64,000 bases of DNA, from positions 288,001-352,000 of the forward strand of contig CBDCRW010000006.1 of the NCBI GenBank assembly GCA_965221125.1, given 5' to 3'. Made by a program: the position numbers and the translations under genes. The notes beneath the pieces were generated by a model. The model saw only the letters and a list, made by a program, of their open reading frames with translations, made no database searches and was not told the DNA's origin. Shown here piece by piece: positions 19,542 through 29,423 of this stretch (positions are counted from its first letter, which is position 1; every line of letters begins with the position of its first letter). This DNA comes from Alphaproteobacteria bacterium (GTDB lineage Bacteria > Pseudomonadota > Alphaproteobacteria > UBA828).

Positions 19542-21154
19542 CCCGAATTATTCATGGCAGGTCTGGTTTTGGGGTGGCGGACGTAGCGTAAGTCGTTGCC
19601 ATCGGGTAGGAATTCGTTGCCGAGGCGTCTTCCTCTCCGAACAACGAAAATGCCACGCCCGCCATGACCGACGATAGTCTTCTTCCCTTCGATCTGCCAA
19701 GCGTCCAACGCAAGAAGGTGAGCGCCGCCTTCGACGGCGGCCTGATCTCGTCTGACGGCGGCCTCGTCCTGCTTCGTGAGGCGGAACGCAGCTTGCGCCT
19801 GGCCGAGACCCTGGCCGGCTGCATCCGCGACCGGCGCAAGCAGGCGCAGGTGATCCACTCGCTCTCGGCCATGCTGCGCTTCCGCATGTTCGCCATTGCG
19901 TGTGGCTACGAAGATGCCGACGACTGCGACGCGCTGCGCGCGGACCCTCTGTTCAAGCTGGCCTCAGGCAAGGCGCCGGAGAGCGGCCGCGCACTCTGCT
20001 CCCAGCCGACCATGAGCCGCCTGGAGAACGCGCCGTCTCGTATCGAGGTGGCGCGCATGACGGCGGCGCTGGTCGATCTCTTCTGCCGCAGCTTCCAAGC
20101 CCCTCCCGCCGCCATAACCCTTGACATCGACGACACCTGCGATGCGGTGCACGGCCACCAGCAGCTCTCGCTCTTCAACGCTCATTACGACACGCGCTGC
20201 TTCCTGCCCGTCCACGTCTACCATGTGGAAAGCGGCAAGCCGGTGGCGGTCCTCCTGCGCCCGGGCAAGACGCCGTCGGGCCCTGAGGTCCGCACCCTCA
20301 TCAAGCATCTGGTCCGCCGCATCCGCCGCCACTGGCCGCACACCCGGATCGTCTTCCGCGGAGACAGCCACTACGGCCGCCCGGAAGCCATGGCCTGGTG
20401 CGAGGAGAACGGGGTCGACTACATCTTCGGCCTCGCGGGCAACCGCGCGCTGCACGCGCTCGCATACGAGATGGCCGACGATCTCAAGGTGCGCCGCGCC
20501 AAGGCCGGCGCAGACAGGATGCGCAGCTTCACCGCCTTCGACTACGCCGCCCGCTCCTGGAGCTGCGAACGCCGGGTCGTCGCCCGGCTCGAGGCGAGCA
20601 CCCGCGGCTTCGATGCCCGCTATGTCGTCACCTCACTCAAGGGCGAGCCCCGCCATCTCTACGAAGACATCTACTGCGCCCGCGGCCAGGCCGAGAACCT
20701 GATCAAGATGCACAAGGGCCAGCTCGCCTCGGACCGCACCTCCTGCCAGAGCCCGCTCGCCAATCAGCTCAGGCTGGTCCTCCACACCGCAGCCTACTGG
20801 CTCATGCTCGCGCTGCGCGACGCCATTCCCCGCGCCGCGCCGCTCGCCCGTGCAGAGTTTGCAACCCTCAGGCTGCGCCTCCTCAAGATCGGTGCCCGCG
20901 TCATCGAGAAGGCCACCCGCATCCGCATCCACTTCGCCTCGGCCTGCCCCGACGCCGCCCTCTTCCGCCTGCTCGCAGGCCGCCTCGCCGCAGCAGGCCC
21001 ATGAGCGACGGGGCGGCGTGCCCCAATCACCCAGGCTCCATAAACCATCAACCCGATAACGACCATCCTCAGTTCCCGACGCCAAACCGCGTCAGGCCCC
21101 GACGCGCCCAATCAACCGAGCATCAAGTGCAAGGCAGTCCATGAATAGGTCGGG
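19542..21154 (+). mobile_element. IS1380-family insertion sequence (1613 bp)
   Basis: Terminal inverted repeats CCCGAATTATTCATGG (19542-19557) and CCATGAATAGGTCGGG (21139-21154), 14/16 match. Flanking CTAG at 19538-19541 and 21155-21158. Confidence 0.93.
19664..21004 (+). CDS. IS1380-family DDE transposase
   Basis: FDGGLISSDGG, GYEDADD, SQPTMSRLEN, LDIDDT, RGDSHY, YCARGQAENLIK; intact 446 aa. Confidence 0.95.
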   Translation: MTDDSLLPFDLPSVQRKKVSAAFDGGLISSDGGLVLLREAERSLRLAETLAGCIRDRRKQAQVIHSLSAMLRFRMFAIACGYEDADDCDALRADPLFKLASGKAPESGRALCSQPTMSRLENAPSRIEVARMTAALVDLFCRSFQAPPAAITLDIDDTCDAVHGHQQLSLFNAHYDTRCFLPVHVYHVESGKPVAVLLRPGKTPSGPEVRTLIKHLVRRIRRHWPHTRIVFRGDSHYGRPEAMAWCEENGVDYIFGLAGNRALHALAYEMADDLKVRRAKAGADRMRSFTAFDYAARSWSCERRVVARLEASTRGFDARYVVTSLKGEPRHLYEDIYCARGQAENLIKMHKGQLASDRTSCQSPLANQLRLVLHTAAYWLMLALRDAIPRAAPLARAEFATLRLRLLKIGARVIEKATRIRIHFASACPDAALFRLLAGRLAAAGP

Positions 21155-21927
21155 CTAGATACGCTGCCGTCAAAGGAACATTTGGACCCAACCAAACAAA
21201 TACGCTTTAGAATTCCCATCCTTCGTCATTATGAGAAGATCAGCCTCATAAAATCCGCATACCTGATGGTATTTTCGCTAATGGGTGCTGGCGGATATCA
21301 TTTCGCTGAGAATATAGCACTTGAACCAGTCAGAGAACAGATTATGAACCCTGACAAGCCTATTCTCAAGGGTACGTTCGTCGCCAATGGTGTTATGGAT
21401 GGAGTTTCTGAAACAAAGAAGAACCTAATCGCTCTGTACAAGGTACATCCATCTTGTTGGATGGTTCCGCTGTGGAACAACAACATAGTAATTTTGCCAT
21501 GCGGAGGTTCGGAACCAATAGACAAATTTAATGTTCCTAATGGATCATTTTCAATACCGACCGAAATGTTTTCCTTTTGGGTGTCATGCAGATTTAATTC
21601 TTCAGCGCCGATGGTCGGGCCAGTAATGGAAGAGTCTGACCATGAGGATTATTCACTTGTTGGCACTATCGACCTTTCTCCCTCTTCAAAGACGACAGGG
21701 GAGGAATGGCATTGGGTAATAGTTTATCACCACAATCACCGATACGTGGCGCTTCCTTGCCGTGCCGACGGAGTGGGACAGCGATCAGAATTTCTAGTAG
21801 CGGTAGAAATGCTGAACAAAAGCATAGTGGCAGGAAGTGGAATAGATAGGTCTACCCTTTCAAGTATAAATTACGAAGAGTTATCGAAAGAGATACCCAT
21901 CCATGTCATAGGGAAACAAGAGCCCGG

Positions 21928-22737
21928 CTAGGCCCGCGCCCGCATCTCGCGCCGTGCCTGGCGCGCGCCCATAACGCTCAGCACCAGGACGAGGGCGAAG
22001 GTCACGATGATGAGCAGCCCCATCAGCGCGAACAGCGTGGGCGTGAGGCCGATCTGCTTGAAGGTCGACCAGATGTAGGTCTGCACCGTGTTGTAGGGCC
22101 CTTGGACCATGGTGGTCCTGATGGTCTCGTTGAACGAGATGATCATCGAGAAGATCGCCGCGCCCACTACGCCGGGATAGATCAGCGGCAGCTCGACATC
22201 GAAGAAGGCGCGCCAGCGGTTGGCGCCGGTCATGTGCGCCGCCTCCAGCAGGACCGGGTCGAAGGTCGTCATCACCGTCAGCACGATGAGGAAGGCGAAG
22301 GGCAGCGCCCAGACCACGTGGATGACGACGATCGAGAACAGCGACGACGGGATGCCGAGCTCGCGGAAGAAGAAGGCGGTCGCGATGCCCATGCTGATGC
22401 CGGGCACGAAGAGCGGCAGCAGCATGAGGATGATGATGAGCCGGCGCACCTTCAGCTCGCGCACCGCCATCGCCGCCAGCAGCGCCAGCACCGGCGTCAC
22501 GAGGCCGACGATGACCGCGACGATCACCGAGGTCTCGAAGGAATTGACGAGGATGGGGTTGTCCCACATCTCGACGTACCAGCGCAGCGTGAACGCGGGC
22601 TCGTCGGTCACCTGGCCGAACTGGTAGCGCGCGGTGGCGGAGAGGATCAGCGGCGGCACCAGCGGCGCATAGAGGAAGACCAGCGCCACCATGGTGACGA
22701 CCCAGAAGACGGCGCGACTGACGCGGGATTCGCCCAT
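21928..22737 (-). CDS. Polyamine-type ABC permease (PotC-like)
   Basis: LVFLYAPL, TLRWY, LLEAAHMTGA (EAA motif), SFNE; hydrophobic. Confidence 0.9.
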   Translation of the reverse strand: MGESRVSRAVFWVVTMVALVFLYAPLVPPLILSATARYQFGQVTDEPAFTLRWYVEMWDNPILVNSFETSVIVAVIVGLVTPVLALLAAMAVRELKVRRLIIILMLLPLFVPGISMGIATAFFFRELGIPSSLFSIVVIHVVWALPFAFLIVLTVMTTFDPVLLEAAHMTGANRWRAFFDVELPLIYPGVVGAAIFSMIISFNETIRTTMVQGPYNTVQTYIWSTFKQIGLTPTLFALMGLLIIVTFALVLVLSVMGARQARREMRARA

Positions 22738-22738
22738 C

Positions 22739-23608
22739 TCAGGCGCCCCGCGTCAGGATCTTGCCGAGGAAGGAGCGCACGTCGAAGCCGAGATACCAGG
22801 CGAGGAGCAGCGCCGTCATCACCGCCACCACCACGCTCGACATCGCCGCCGCCAGCGGATAGTGCAGCACCTCCATCGCGCTCGCGATGGTGTTGCCCAT
22901 CAGCTCGTAGCCGGCGCCGCCGAGGATGAGCGAGACCGCGCTTTCGCCGAAGACGCCGACGAAGCCGAAGATCGCCGCCGCGAAGACGCCGGGGAGCGAG
23001 AGCGGCAGCGTCACGCGGATGAAGGTGAGGACCGGGTTCGCGCCCAGCATCCAGCTCGCCTCGATCTGGCGCCTGTCGATGCCCGCGAGCGAGAGCCAGA
23101 GCGGGAAGACCATGAACGGCATGTAGGCGGCGACGAGGCCGACGTAGACCGAGAAGTCGCTGAACAGCAGCCAGTCGACCGGGCCGTCGCTCAGGCCCAC
23201 GCCGATGATCGCGTCGTTGATCGGACCGTTGCGGCCGAGCAGGTAGGACCAGGCGAAGTTGCGGATGACGTAGTTGACGAGGAAGGGGATGGTGATGAGC
23301 AGGAGGACCACGCGCACCACGTGGCGGGACGCGCGAAAGGCGAGGAAGTAGGCGATCGGATACGCGATCACGAGGCCGATCGCGGTCGCCACCGGGGCCA
23401 CGACCAGGCTCCGCTCCAGCACGATGATGCGCACGCCCTCGAAGAAATCGAGGTAGTTGACGGGCGTGAGCGCGGGCTGCACCGTGAAGCCGACGCGCTG
23501 CCAGAAGCTGACGACGACGGTGATCGCCAGCGGGCCGATCACGAACACCAGGACGAACGCGATCGGCAGCGCCAGCAGCGCAAGCCGCGGAAGGGCCCTG
23601 AGAGGCAC
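22739..23608 (-). CDS. Polyamine-type ABC permease (PotB-like)
   Basis: AYPIAYF, IPFLVNYVIRNFAW, PFMVFPL, IEASWMLGA, TLPLSLPG. Confidence 0.9.
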   Translation of the reverse strand: MPLRALPRLALLALPIAFVLVFVIGPLAITVVVSFWQRVGFTVQPALTPVNYLDFFEGVRIIVLERSLVVAPVATAIGLVIAYPIAYFLAFRASRHVVRVVLLLITIPFLVNYVIRNFAWSYLLGRNGPINDAIIGVGLSDGPVDWLLFSDFSVYVGLVAAYMPFMVFPLWLSLAGIDRRQIEASWMLGANPVLTFIRVTLPLSLPGVFAAAIFGFVGVFGESAVSLILGGAGYELMGNTIASAMEVLHYPLAAAMSSVVVAVMTALLLAWYLGFDVRSFLGKILTRGA

Positions 23609-23663
23609 GGGTCTAGCGGCCTCTACGCCGGTCGCCGTGCGGCGGGACTAAGTCGGGGCGGAC

Positions 23664-23693
23664 CCCCCGGGCGCCGCGACGGGCGCCCGGGGG
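23664..23693. other. Intercistronic stem-loop between binding-protein and permease genes
   Basis: CCCCCGGGCGCC / GGCGCCCGGGGG 12-bp perfect stem, no U-tract. Confidence 0.6.
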
Positions 23694-23715
23694 AGCCGGA
23701 ACCTGCCGGCCCGGA

Positions 23716-24906
23716 CTAGGCCGCCTTGAAGCGGGCCCAGGCCGCCTCGTGCTCGATGTAGGAGGCCGGCCAGCGGTTGTGCCAGATGCCGCCGAACTCG
23801 AGCTTGCGCTTCACGTTGGCGTCGTTGGCGACGGCCGCCTCCGCCTCGCCTTCCGCAAAGGCGTCCGGATTGGCAGCGGCGAAGCCCGGCGCCTGCGAGT
23901 TCGTCATGTAGCCCCGCATGGCGCTGATTTTCGCCCCGTACCAGGGCCCCAGCATGAAGTCGAAAAGGTCGTAGACGGCCTGCGTGTGCTCCTCGGAGCG
24001 CGCCGGGTTGTTGGTGATGTAGCCCGACATCGCCCACAGCAGGTAGCCCTCCTTGGGCGTGGCGTAGATGCTGTTCGCGCCCTGCTTGTTGGCGACGATC
24101 ACCATCGGCTCCCAGCCGTCGAGCACGACGACCTCCTTGTTGAGCAGCAGGTTGACCGCCTGCTCGAAGCTCGTCCACAGCACCCGGAACTGGCCGGCCT
24201 TCTTCTTCTCGATGAGGTAGTCGACGACCGTGTTGATCTCGTCCTTGGTCATGTCCACGGGGTTGCCGATGTCCGCGATCCCCGCGTGCTTCATGTGGAT
24301 CGCCGTCTTGTAGCCGGCGGTGGTGTAGTTGTCCTCGAGCGCCACGTAGCCCGCGTACTGCGGATCGAACAGGGCGCCGAAGGAGTCGACCGAGCCCACG
24401 CCGCCGGTCTCGTCCGGCAGGTAGCAGATCGATTCGCCCTGCAGGATGGTCGGGATGCCGTAGACCTGCCCCTCGTGGGCGATGTGCGGCCAGCCGGGCG
24501 CATCCTCCACGAAGTACTGCGAGATGTACTCGTTCGCGCCCCAGTTCGGCATCCGGCTGGGATCGACCGGCAGGACCAGGCCGAGCTGGGCCAGTGGCTC
24601 CTGCACGCCGCCGACGATGTGCAGCGCGTCGTAGGTCGACGTGCCGCCGCCGCCGAGCAGGACGTTGATGATCGTCGCCGGCGCGTTGCCCACCGCGACC
24701 AGGTTCACGTCCCAGCCCGACTTGTCGCTGTAACGCGACCAGTCGCCGGCCGGATCGCCCACGCCGATATCCGCGAGTGTCACCGAGCCCGAGGCCGCGA
24801 GCGCTTTGGACCACGGCGTGCCGGCCAGCGAAAGGCCGATTGCGCCGAGACCGCCCAGGCCACCGGCCTTCAGAAGAGACCGCCGTGTGAGATCGAGCTT
24901 GCCCAT
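23716..24906 (-). CDS. Tat-exported polyamine-type ABC substrate-binding protein
   Basis: TRRSLLK twin-arginine signal; ALFDPQYAG, PKEGY; upstream of PotB/PotC-like permeases. Confidence 0.85.
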   Translation of the reverse strand: MGKLDLTRRSLLKAGGLGGLGAIGLSLAGTPWSKALAASGSVTLADIGVGDPAGDWSRYSDKSGWDVNLVAVGNAPATIINVLLGGGGTSTYDALHIVGGVQEPLAQLGLVLPVDPSRMPNWGANEYISQYFVEDAPGWPHIAHEGQVYGIPTILQGESICYLPDETGGVGSVDSFGALFDPQYAGYVALEDNYTTAGYKTAIHMKHAGIADIGNPVDMTKDEINTVVDYLIEKKKAGQFRVLWTSFEQAVNLLLNKEVVVLDGWEPMVIVANKQGANSIYATPKEGYLLWAMSGYITNNPARSEEHTQAVYDLFDFMLGPWYGAKISAMRGYMTNSQAPGFAAANPDAFAEGEAEAAVANDANVKRKLEFGGIWHNRWPASYIEHEAAWARFKAA

Positions 24907-25054
24907 GAATTACCTCCCATGTCCGACCGACGCGTGGAGGCGCCACCGGGCGCCCCGGCATCGTTGGCGGCCATGATAGGCCCCCGGACGAAGGGTGTCG
25001 ATTGCCCCGGGTAAGGACGCTGCCCGGTCTGGTCTGACGGGCCGGGTGTTGCCC

Positions 25055-25202
25055 CAGAGCGCGTCCGTCTTCGACGGACGCGCGACAGGCCGCGACCGCG
25101 GCCCGCCGCGAATGCGGCGCCCTCGCGGAGGCGCTGGCCGCAGGCCAGCTGCCGTGAGCGATAAAGAGTCAGAGCGTTTCAGTGCAGGACGGAAGCGCCC
25201 TA
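25055..25202 (-). repeat. Dispersed ~148-bp multi-hairpin repeat, copy 1 (RIME/MITE-like)
   Basis: Reverse complement aligns end to end with 38027-38174 and 43995-44141; begins at the TAG stop of the ThDP enzyme. Confidence 0.88.
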
Positions 25203-26864
25203 GATTTTACCCTCGACGGCAGCCTCGATCAGGTGCGGGGCGCCGGAGGCGAGCGCGTCCTGCACCGCCTGGGCGAGCGCGTCGGGCTCGGTGACGCGGG
25301 TGCCGGCGACGCCCATGCCGGCCGCCATCTCCACGAAACCGAGCGGCGGATCGACCAGGTCCATCTGCACGTAGGGGTGGTTGGTCTGCACGCCGAAACG
25401 CTTCCGGTAGATGTCGAGGTTGTGCTTGAGGATGCGGTACTCGGCGTTGGCGAGGATGACGAAGACGATGGGCAGCCGATGGCGCGCCGCGGTCCAGAGC
25501 GCCTGGATGCTGTACATGGCGGACCCGTCGCCCGAGAGGCAGACGACCGGGCGGTCCGGGTTCGCGAGCTTCACGCCGAGCGCGCCCGCGATGCCCTGGC
25601 CGATGCCGCCGCCGCGCCCGCAGAAATAGTCGCCGAAGCCGCCGAAGCCGAAGGCCTTGGGGATTTCCGGGCTGCCGGTGATGGCCTCTTCGACGATCAC
25701 CACGTCGTCCGGCACGGCTTTCGCCAGCGCCTCCAACATCACGGGCACCGGCATGGGCCGGCGGGCGGCGATGGCCTCGACGCGGGCCTGCCTGTCCGCC
25801 CGCTCCTTCTCGGCGAAGGCGGCGAAGACCCGGTTCCGCTCTTGCGCCCCGGCGGCGTAGGCGGCCGAGCGCTCCTCCTGCACCAGCGTCGTGACCGCCT
25901 CCAGCGCGGGCTTGAGGCCGGCGATCAGGCCCGCATCGAGCCCGTGGTTGCGCCCGAGCCGCTCCGCCGACTCCTCGATCTGCAGCACCGCAGCGCCGGG
26001 CGGGAACGGGCCCTCCGGCGCGTACCAGACCTCCTCGAAGAAGGGGCCGCCCACCATGAGCACGAGGTCGGCGCCGCCGAAGGCCTTCGCGATGTTGGCG
26101 GGATCGGACGGGATGCGCCCCCGGTAGTTGGGGTGCCGGTTGGGCACCGGCTGATGCTGGTGAATCAGCTCGGTCCAGATGCCGGCGCCCACGGTCTCCG
26201 CCAGCGCGACGAGAGCCTCGCCCGCACCCGCGCGCGCCACGTCGTCACCGATCATGATGGCGGGCTCCTGCGCGGCGAGCAGGTGCCCGGCGACGGCGGC
26301 CACGCCCTCGTCGTCCGGCGGCGGCGCGCGGTAGAGCGGGCCGGCGGTCAGTGCCCCAAACTCCGTCTGCTGCTCCATCACGTTGATGGGGAGCGCCACG
26401 AAGACCGGGCCGGACGGCGGATCGTGGGCGATCTTGAAGGCGCGGCGCATAACAGTGGCAATCTCGTCGGCGCTCTCGGCCTGCACGCTCCACTTCACCA
26501 CCGGCGCCGCCATGGCCACAAGGTCGTGGCCGAGGATGGGATCGCGCAGGCGCAGCCGCGTATCCTGCTGGCCGGCGGTGACCACCATGGGCGAGTTGGT
26601 CCTGAGCGCGCCGAAGATCATGCCGATGGCGTTGCCCAGGCCGGGTGCGACGTGCAGGTTGACCACGCCCGCGCGCCCGCAGGCCTGCGCGTAGTAGCTC
26701 GCGGCGCCGATGGCGACGCCCTCGTGCAGCGCGAGCACGTAGTCGATCGACGGGTAGCGGGCGAGGCTGTCGATCAGCGGGCTCTCGGTGGTGCCGGGGT
26801 TGCCGAACAGGTGCTGGACCCCGTGCGCCAGCAGGCTCTCCATGAAGACGTCGCGCCCGTACAT
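25200..26864 (-). CDS. ThDP-dependent enzyme (benzoylformate decarboxylase-like)
   Basis: FGNPGTTE, LHEG, NLHVAPGLGN, GDGSAMYSIQALWTA...NAEY. Confidence 0.9.
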   Translation of the reverse strand: MYGRDVFMESLLAHGVQHLFGNPGTTESPLIDSLARYPSIDYVLALHEGVAIGAASYYAQACGRAGVVNLHVAPGLGNAIGMIFGALRTNSPMVVTAGQQDTRLRLRDPILGHDLVAMAAPVVKWSVQAESADEIATVMRRAFKIAHDPPSGPVFVALPINVMEQQTEFGALTAGPLYRAPPPDDEGVAAVAGHLLAAQEPAIMIGDDVARAGAGEALVALAETVGAGIWTELIHQHQPVPNRHPNYRGRIPSDPANIAKAFGGADLVLMVGGPFFEEVWYAPEGPFPPGAAVLQIEESAERLGRNHGLDAGLIAGLKPALEAVTTLVQEERSAAYAAGAQERNRVFAAFAEKERADRQARVEAIAARRPMPVPVMLEALAKAVPDDVVIVEEAITGSPEIPKAFGFGGFGDYFCGRGGGIGQGIAGALGVKLANPDRPVVCLSGDGSAMYSIQALWTAARHRLPIVFVILANAEYRILKHNLDIYRKRFGVQTNHPYVQMDLVDPPLGFVEMAAGMGVAGTRVTEPDALAQAVQDALASGAPHLIEAAVEGKI

Positions 26865-26912
26865 GTCTCGTCCCTGTCGCTGAATCGCTGCCGGTGGCGG
26901 CCCGGAGCCGGC

Positions 26913-28076
26913 CTAGCGGATCGGCTCCAGGATGGAGCAGTAGTTGGCGACCGAGACGCCGCCCATGTTGAAGATGCCGGCGAGGGTGGCATCCGGCAGC
27001 TGCATCCCGCCGGCGTTGCCGGTCACCTGCATGGCGCTCATCACGTGCATGGAGACGCCGGTGGCACCGATGGGGTGGCCCTTGGACTTGAGGCCGCCGG
27101 AGGGGTTGACCGGCAGCTTGCCGCCCACCTCGGTCCAGCCGTCGAGGATCGCCTCGGCGCCTTCGCCGCGCGGTGCCAGGCCCATGGCCTCGTACTCCAG
27201 CAGCTCGGCCATGGTGAAGCAGTCGTGGGTCTCGACGAAGTCGAGGTCGTCGAGCGTCACCCCCGCCTGGTCGAGCGCGCGGGCCCACGCCTCGCCGCAA
27301 CCCTCCATCAGCACCACGTCGCGCTTGCTCATGGGCAGGAAGTCGTTGACGTGGGTGGCGGCGCGGAAGATCACCGCCTTCGGCATGGCGAGCGCCGTCT
27401 CCACGTCGGTGAGCACGAGCGCCGCCGCGCCGTCGGAGACCGGCGAGCAGTCCGTGCGCTTGAGCGGCCCGGCGACCTGCGGGTTCTTCTCGGACGCGTT
27501 GCGGCAGAAGTCGTAGCCGAGATCCTTCTGGAAGTGCGCGAGCGGGTTCTTCGCGCCGTTCCGGTGGTTCTTGGCGGCGATGGCGGCGAGCGCGTCGGAC
27601 TTGTCGCCGTGGCGCTGGAAGTAGCTCTCCGCGATCAGGCCGAAGACCCCGGCGAAGCCGCCCTGGATGTGCGCTTCCTCCTTGACGTAGGAGGCCTTGA
27701 GCAGGTTCTCGGCCACCTGCTCGCGGCTCGCGCCGGTCATCTTCTCGACGCCGACGACGAGCACGAAGCGCGGGCGGCCGGAGCGGATCGCCGCCATGCC
27801 CTGGTGGATCGCCGCCGTGCCCGTGGCGCAGGCGTTCTCTACGTTGGTGGACGGCGTAAAGCGCATCGCCTCGTCCATCTGCAGCGGCAGCGACGAGGGG
27901 AAGGCCTGATCGCCGAGGCGCCCGGTGGAGCCCACGACGATCTCGTCCACGTCCGTCGGCGCGATGCCCGCATCGGCAAGCGCCGCCTGCGCCGCCTCCA
28001 GCGTCAACGCCTCCGTATCCGCGTCCGTGCGCTTGCCAAACGCCGTGTGGCCCCAACCGACGATGCAGACACTCAT
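26913..28076 (-). CDS. Thiolase family protein (SCP2-thiolase-like)
   Basis: ATG 28076 after GGGAGG; GWGHTAFGK, NVENACATG, DCSPVSDGAAA, ETHDCF, KGHPIGATG, FNMGG. Confidence 0.9.
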   Translation of the reverse strand: MSVCIVGWGHTAFGKRTDADTEALTLEAAQAALADAGIAPTDVDEIVVGSTGRLGDQAFPSSLPLQMDEAMRFTPSTNVENACATGTAAIHQGMAAIRSGRPRFVLVVGVEKMTGASREQVAENLLKASYVKEEAHIQGGFAGVFGLIAESYFQRHGDKSDALAAIAAKNHRNGAKNPLAHFQKDLGYDFCRNASEKNPQVAGPLKRTDCSPVSDGAAALVLTDVETALAMPKAVIFRAATHVNDFLPMSKRDVVLMEGCGEAWARALDQAGVTLDDLDFVETHDCFTMAELLEYEAMGLAPRGEGAEAILDGWTEVGGKLPVNPSGGLKSKGHPIGATGVSMHVMSAMQVTGNAGGMQLPDATLAGIFNMGGVSVANYCSILEPIR

Positions 28077-28316
28077 GCGACTTCCTCCCGCGCCGAAACC
28101 CATCGGCGGCGCATAGTGGCAGAAAGCGCGCCCGCCGGCACCCCGCGCATCTCCGCCTCTCGCGCGGAGTGGAGCGGAGGCGGCAAAGGCCCGGCCGCCG
28201 CGCCCGCCGCCATATAGCCATTGCCCGCGCACGGGGCACCCCTTACGCTTTCCCGGTGGACCTGCGCCATCGAGACGCAGTCGGACAACAAGCCACACAC
28301 CGGGAGGGACAAGAGC

Positions 28317-29279
28317 ATGAAGTTTTCGCGAATCGTTGCCGCGCTGGGTGCTGCGGCGTTGGTTGTCGGTGTCGCAGTCGGGCCGGACGAGGCACGAAGC
28401 GAGGACCAGTTCACCGTCGGGGTCACGGTCTGGGATGTCTCGACGACGCCGTTCGCGGTGCCGCTCGTGAAGGGCATGCGGGACGCCGCCGAGGCCGCCA
28501 ACGTCAACCTGATCGTGAGTGACCCCAAGTGGGATGCGTCGGTTCAGGTCGAGAACGTGCGCGAGTTCATCGTCCAGGGCGTCGATGCCATCGCCATCGC
28601 GCCGATCGACATTGCGGGCGTCCTCCCCGCCGTGCAGGAAGCGCTGGATGCCGGCATCCCGGTGGTGGGCGCGCTGGGCGAGATCGAGGGCGTTCCCTAC
28701 ATCGGCGTGGACGACGTGGAGTACGGCCGGCTCTCGGCCCGCCTGATGCTGGAGGCGCTGGCGACCGTCGAGGGCGAGAAGCGCATCGTCATGTTCCGCG
28801 GCACCGCAGGCGGCAGCCCGGACCGGCGCCGCATGCAGGGCATGACCGAGGTTCTGGAGGCCTCGGGCGTCGAGCACGACTGGGTCGACGTCACCGCCGA
28901 CTGGCTGCCCGACAAGGCGCTCACCGGCTTCCAGGACGTGCTCCAGCGCTTCCCGGTGGAAGGCAGCGTCACCCTGGTCAACAGCATGGGGAACTGCATG
29001 GTTCCGCCGTCGCTGGACTGGGCGCAGAGGCTGGGGCGGACCGAGATCATGTTCGTCGCCATCGACCTCTGCCAGGCCGAGGAGCAGGCCATCGGCGCCG
29101 GCAAGATGTACGGCGCCGTCTACCAGGATCCGCTGATCATGGGCGCGCTTGTGGTCGACAGCCTGGTCGCCATGCGCGCGGCCGGCGACTACAGCATGCT
29201 GCCGGACTTCGCCCAGGTTCCGCCGATCTTCAACTGCACGCAGGCCAACTACGCCGAGTGCGAGGGGCGTGGCTTCTAG
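28317..29279 (+). CDS. Sugar-type (RbsB-like) ABC substrate-binding protein
   Basis: Signal peptide MKFSRIVAALGAAAL; PF...KG, IVQGVDAIAIAP, AGIPVV, YQDP. Confidence 0.87.
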   Translation: MKFSRIVAALGAAALVVGVAVGPDEARSEDQFTVGVTVWDVSTTPFAVPLVKGMRDAAEAANVNLIVSDPKWDASVQVENVREFIVQGVDAIAIAPIDIAGVLPAVQEALDAGIPVVGALGEIEGVPYIGVDDVEYGRLSARLMLEALATVEGEKRIVMFRGTAGGSPDRRRMQGMTEVLEASGVEHDWVDVTADWLPDKALTGFQDVLQRFPVEGSVTLVNSMGNCMVPPSLDWAQRLGRTEIMFVAIDLCQAEEQAIGAGKMYGAVYQDPLIMGALVVDSLVAMRAAGDYSMLPDFAQVPPIFNCTQANYAECEGRGF

Positions 29280-29423
29280 CGCCTCGTCCGAGCAACGAGT
29301 GACACGTTTGGGGGTGGTTGCGGGCCGGGTCGCTGCCCGGACCCCGCAGCCACTCCGCCCGGCCCGCCGTTTCGGCGGGCGACTCGCTGACAGCGGTCTT
29401 CACGCGATGTCCCGGAGCCGGCG

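Larger units (their letters stand above)
19148..21931 (+). pseudogene. Low-GC HNH endonuclease-domain gene interrupted by IS1380
   Basis: RBS AGGAGG, GTG 19148; CPIC...TLEHAPP...CLTCERCNN. Removing the IS and one CTAG joins 19148-19541 to 21159-21931 in frame (GSIKL-DTLPSKEHLDPTKQ), giving 388 aa. Confidence 0.85.

Noticed and set aside
19148-21931. Two independent hypothetical genes (147 aa and 249 aa) flanking the transposase
   Set aside because: They rejoin in frame on IS removal and are halves of one gene.
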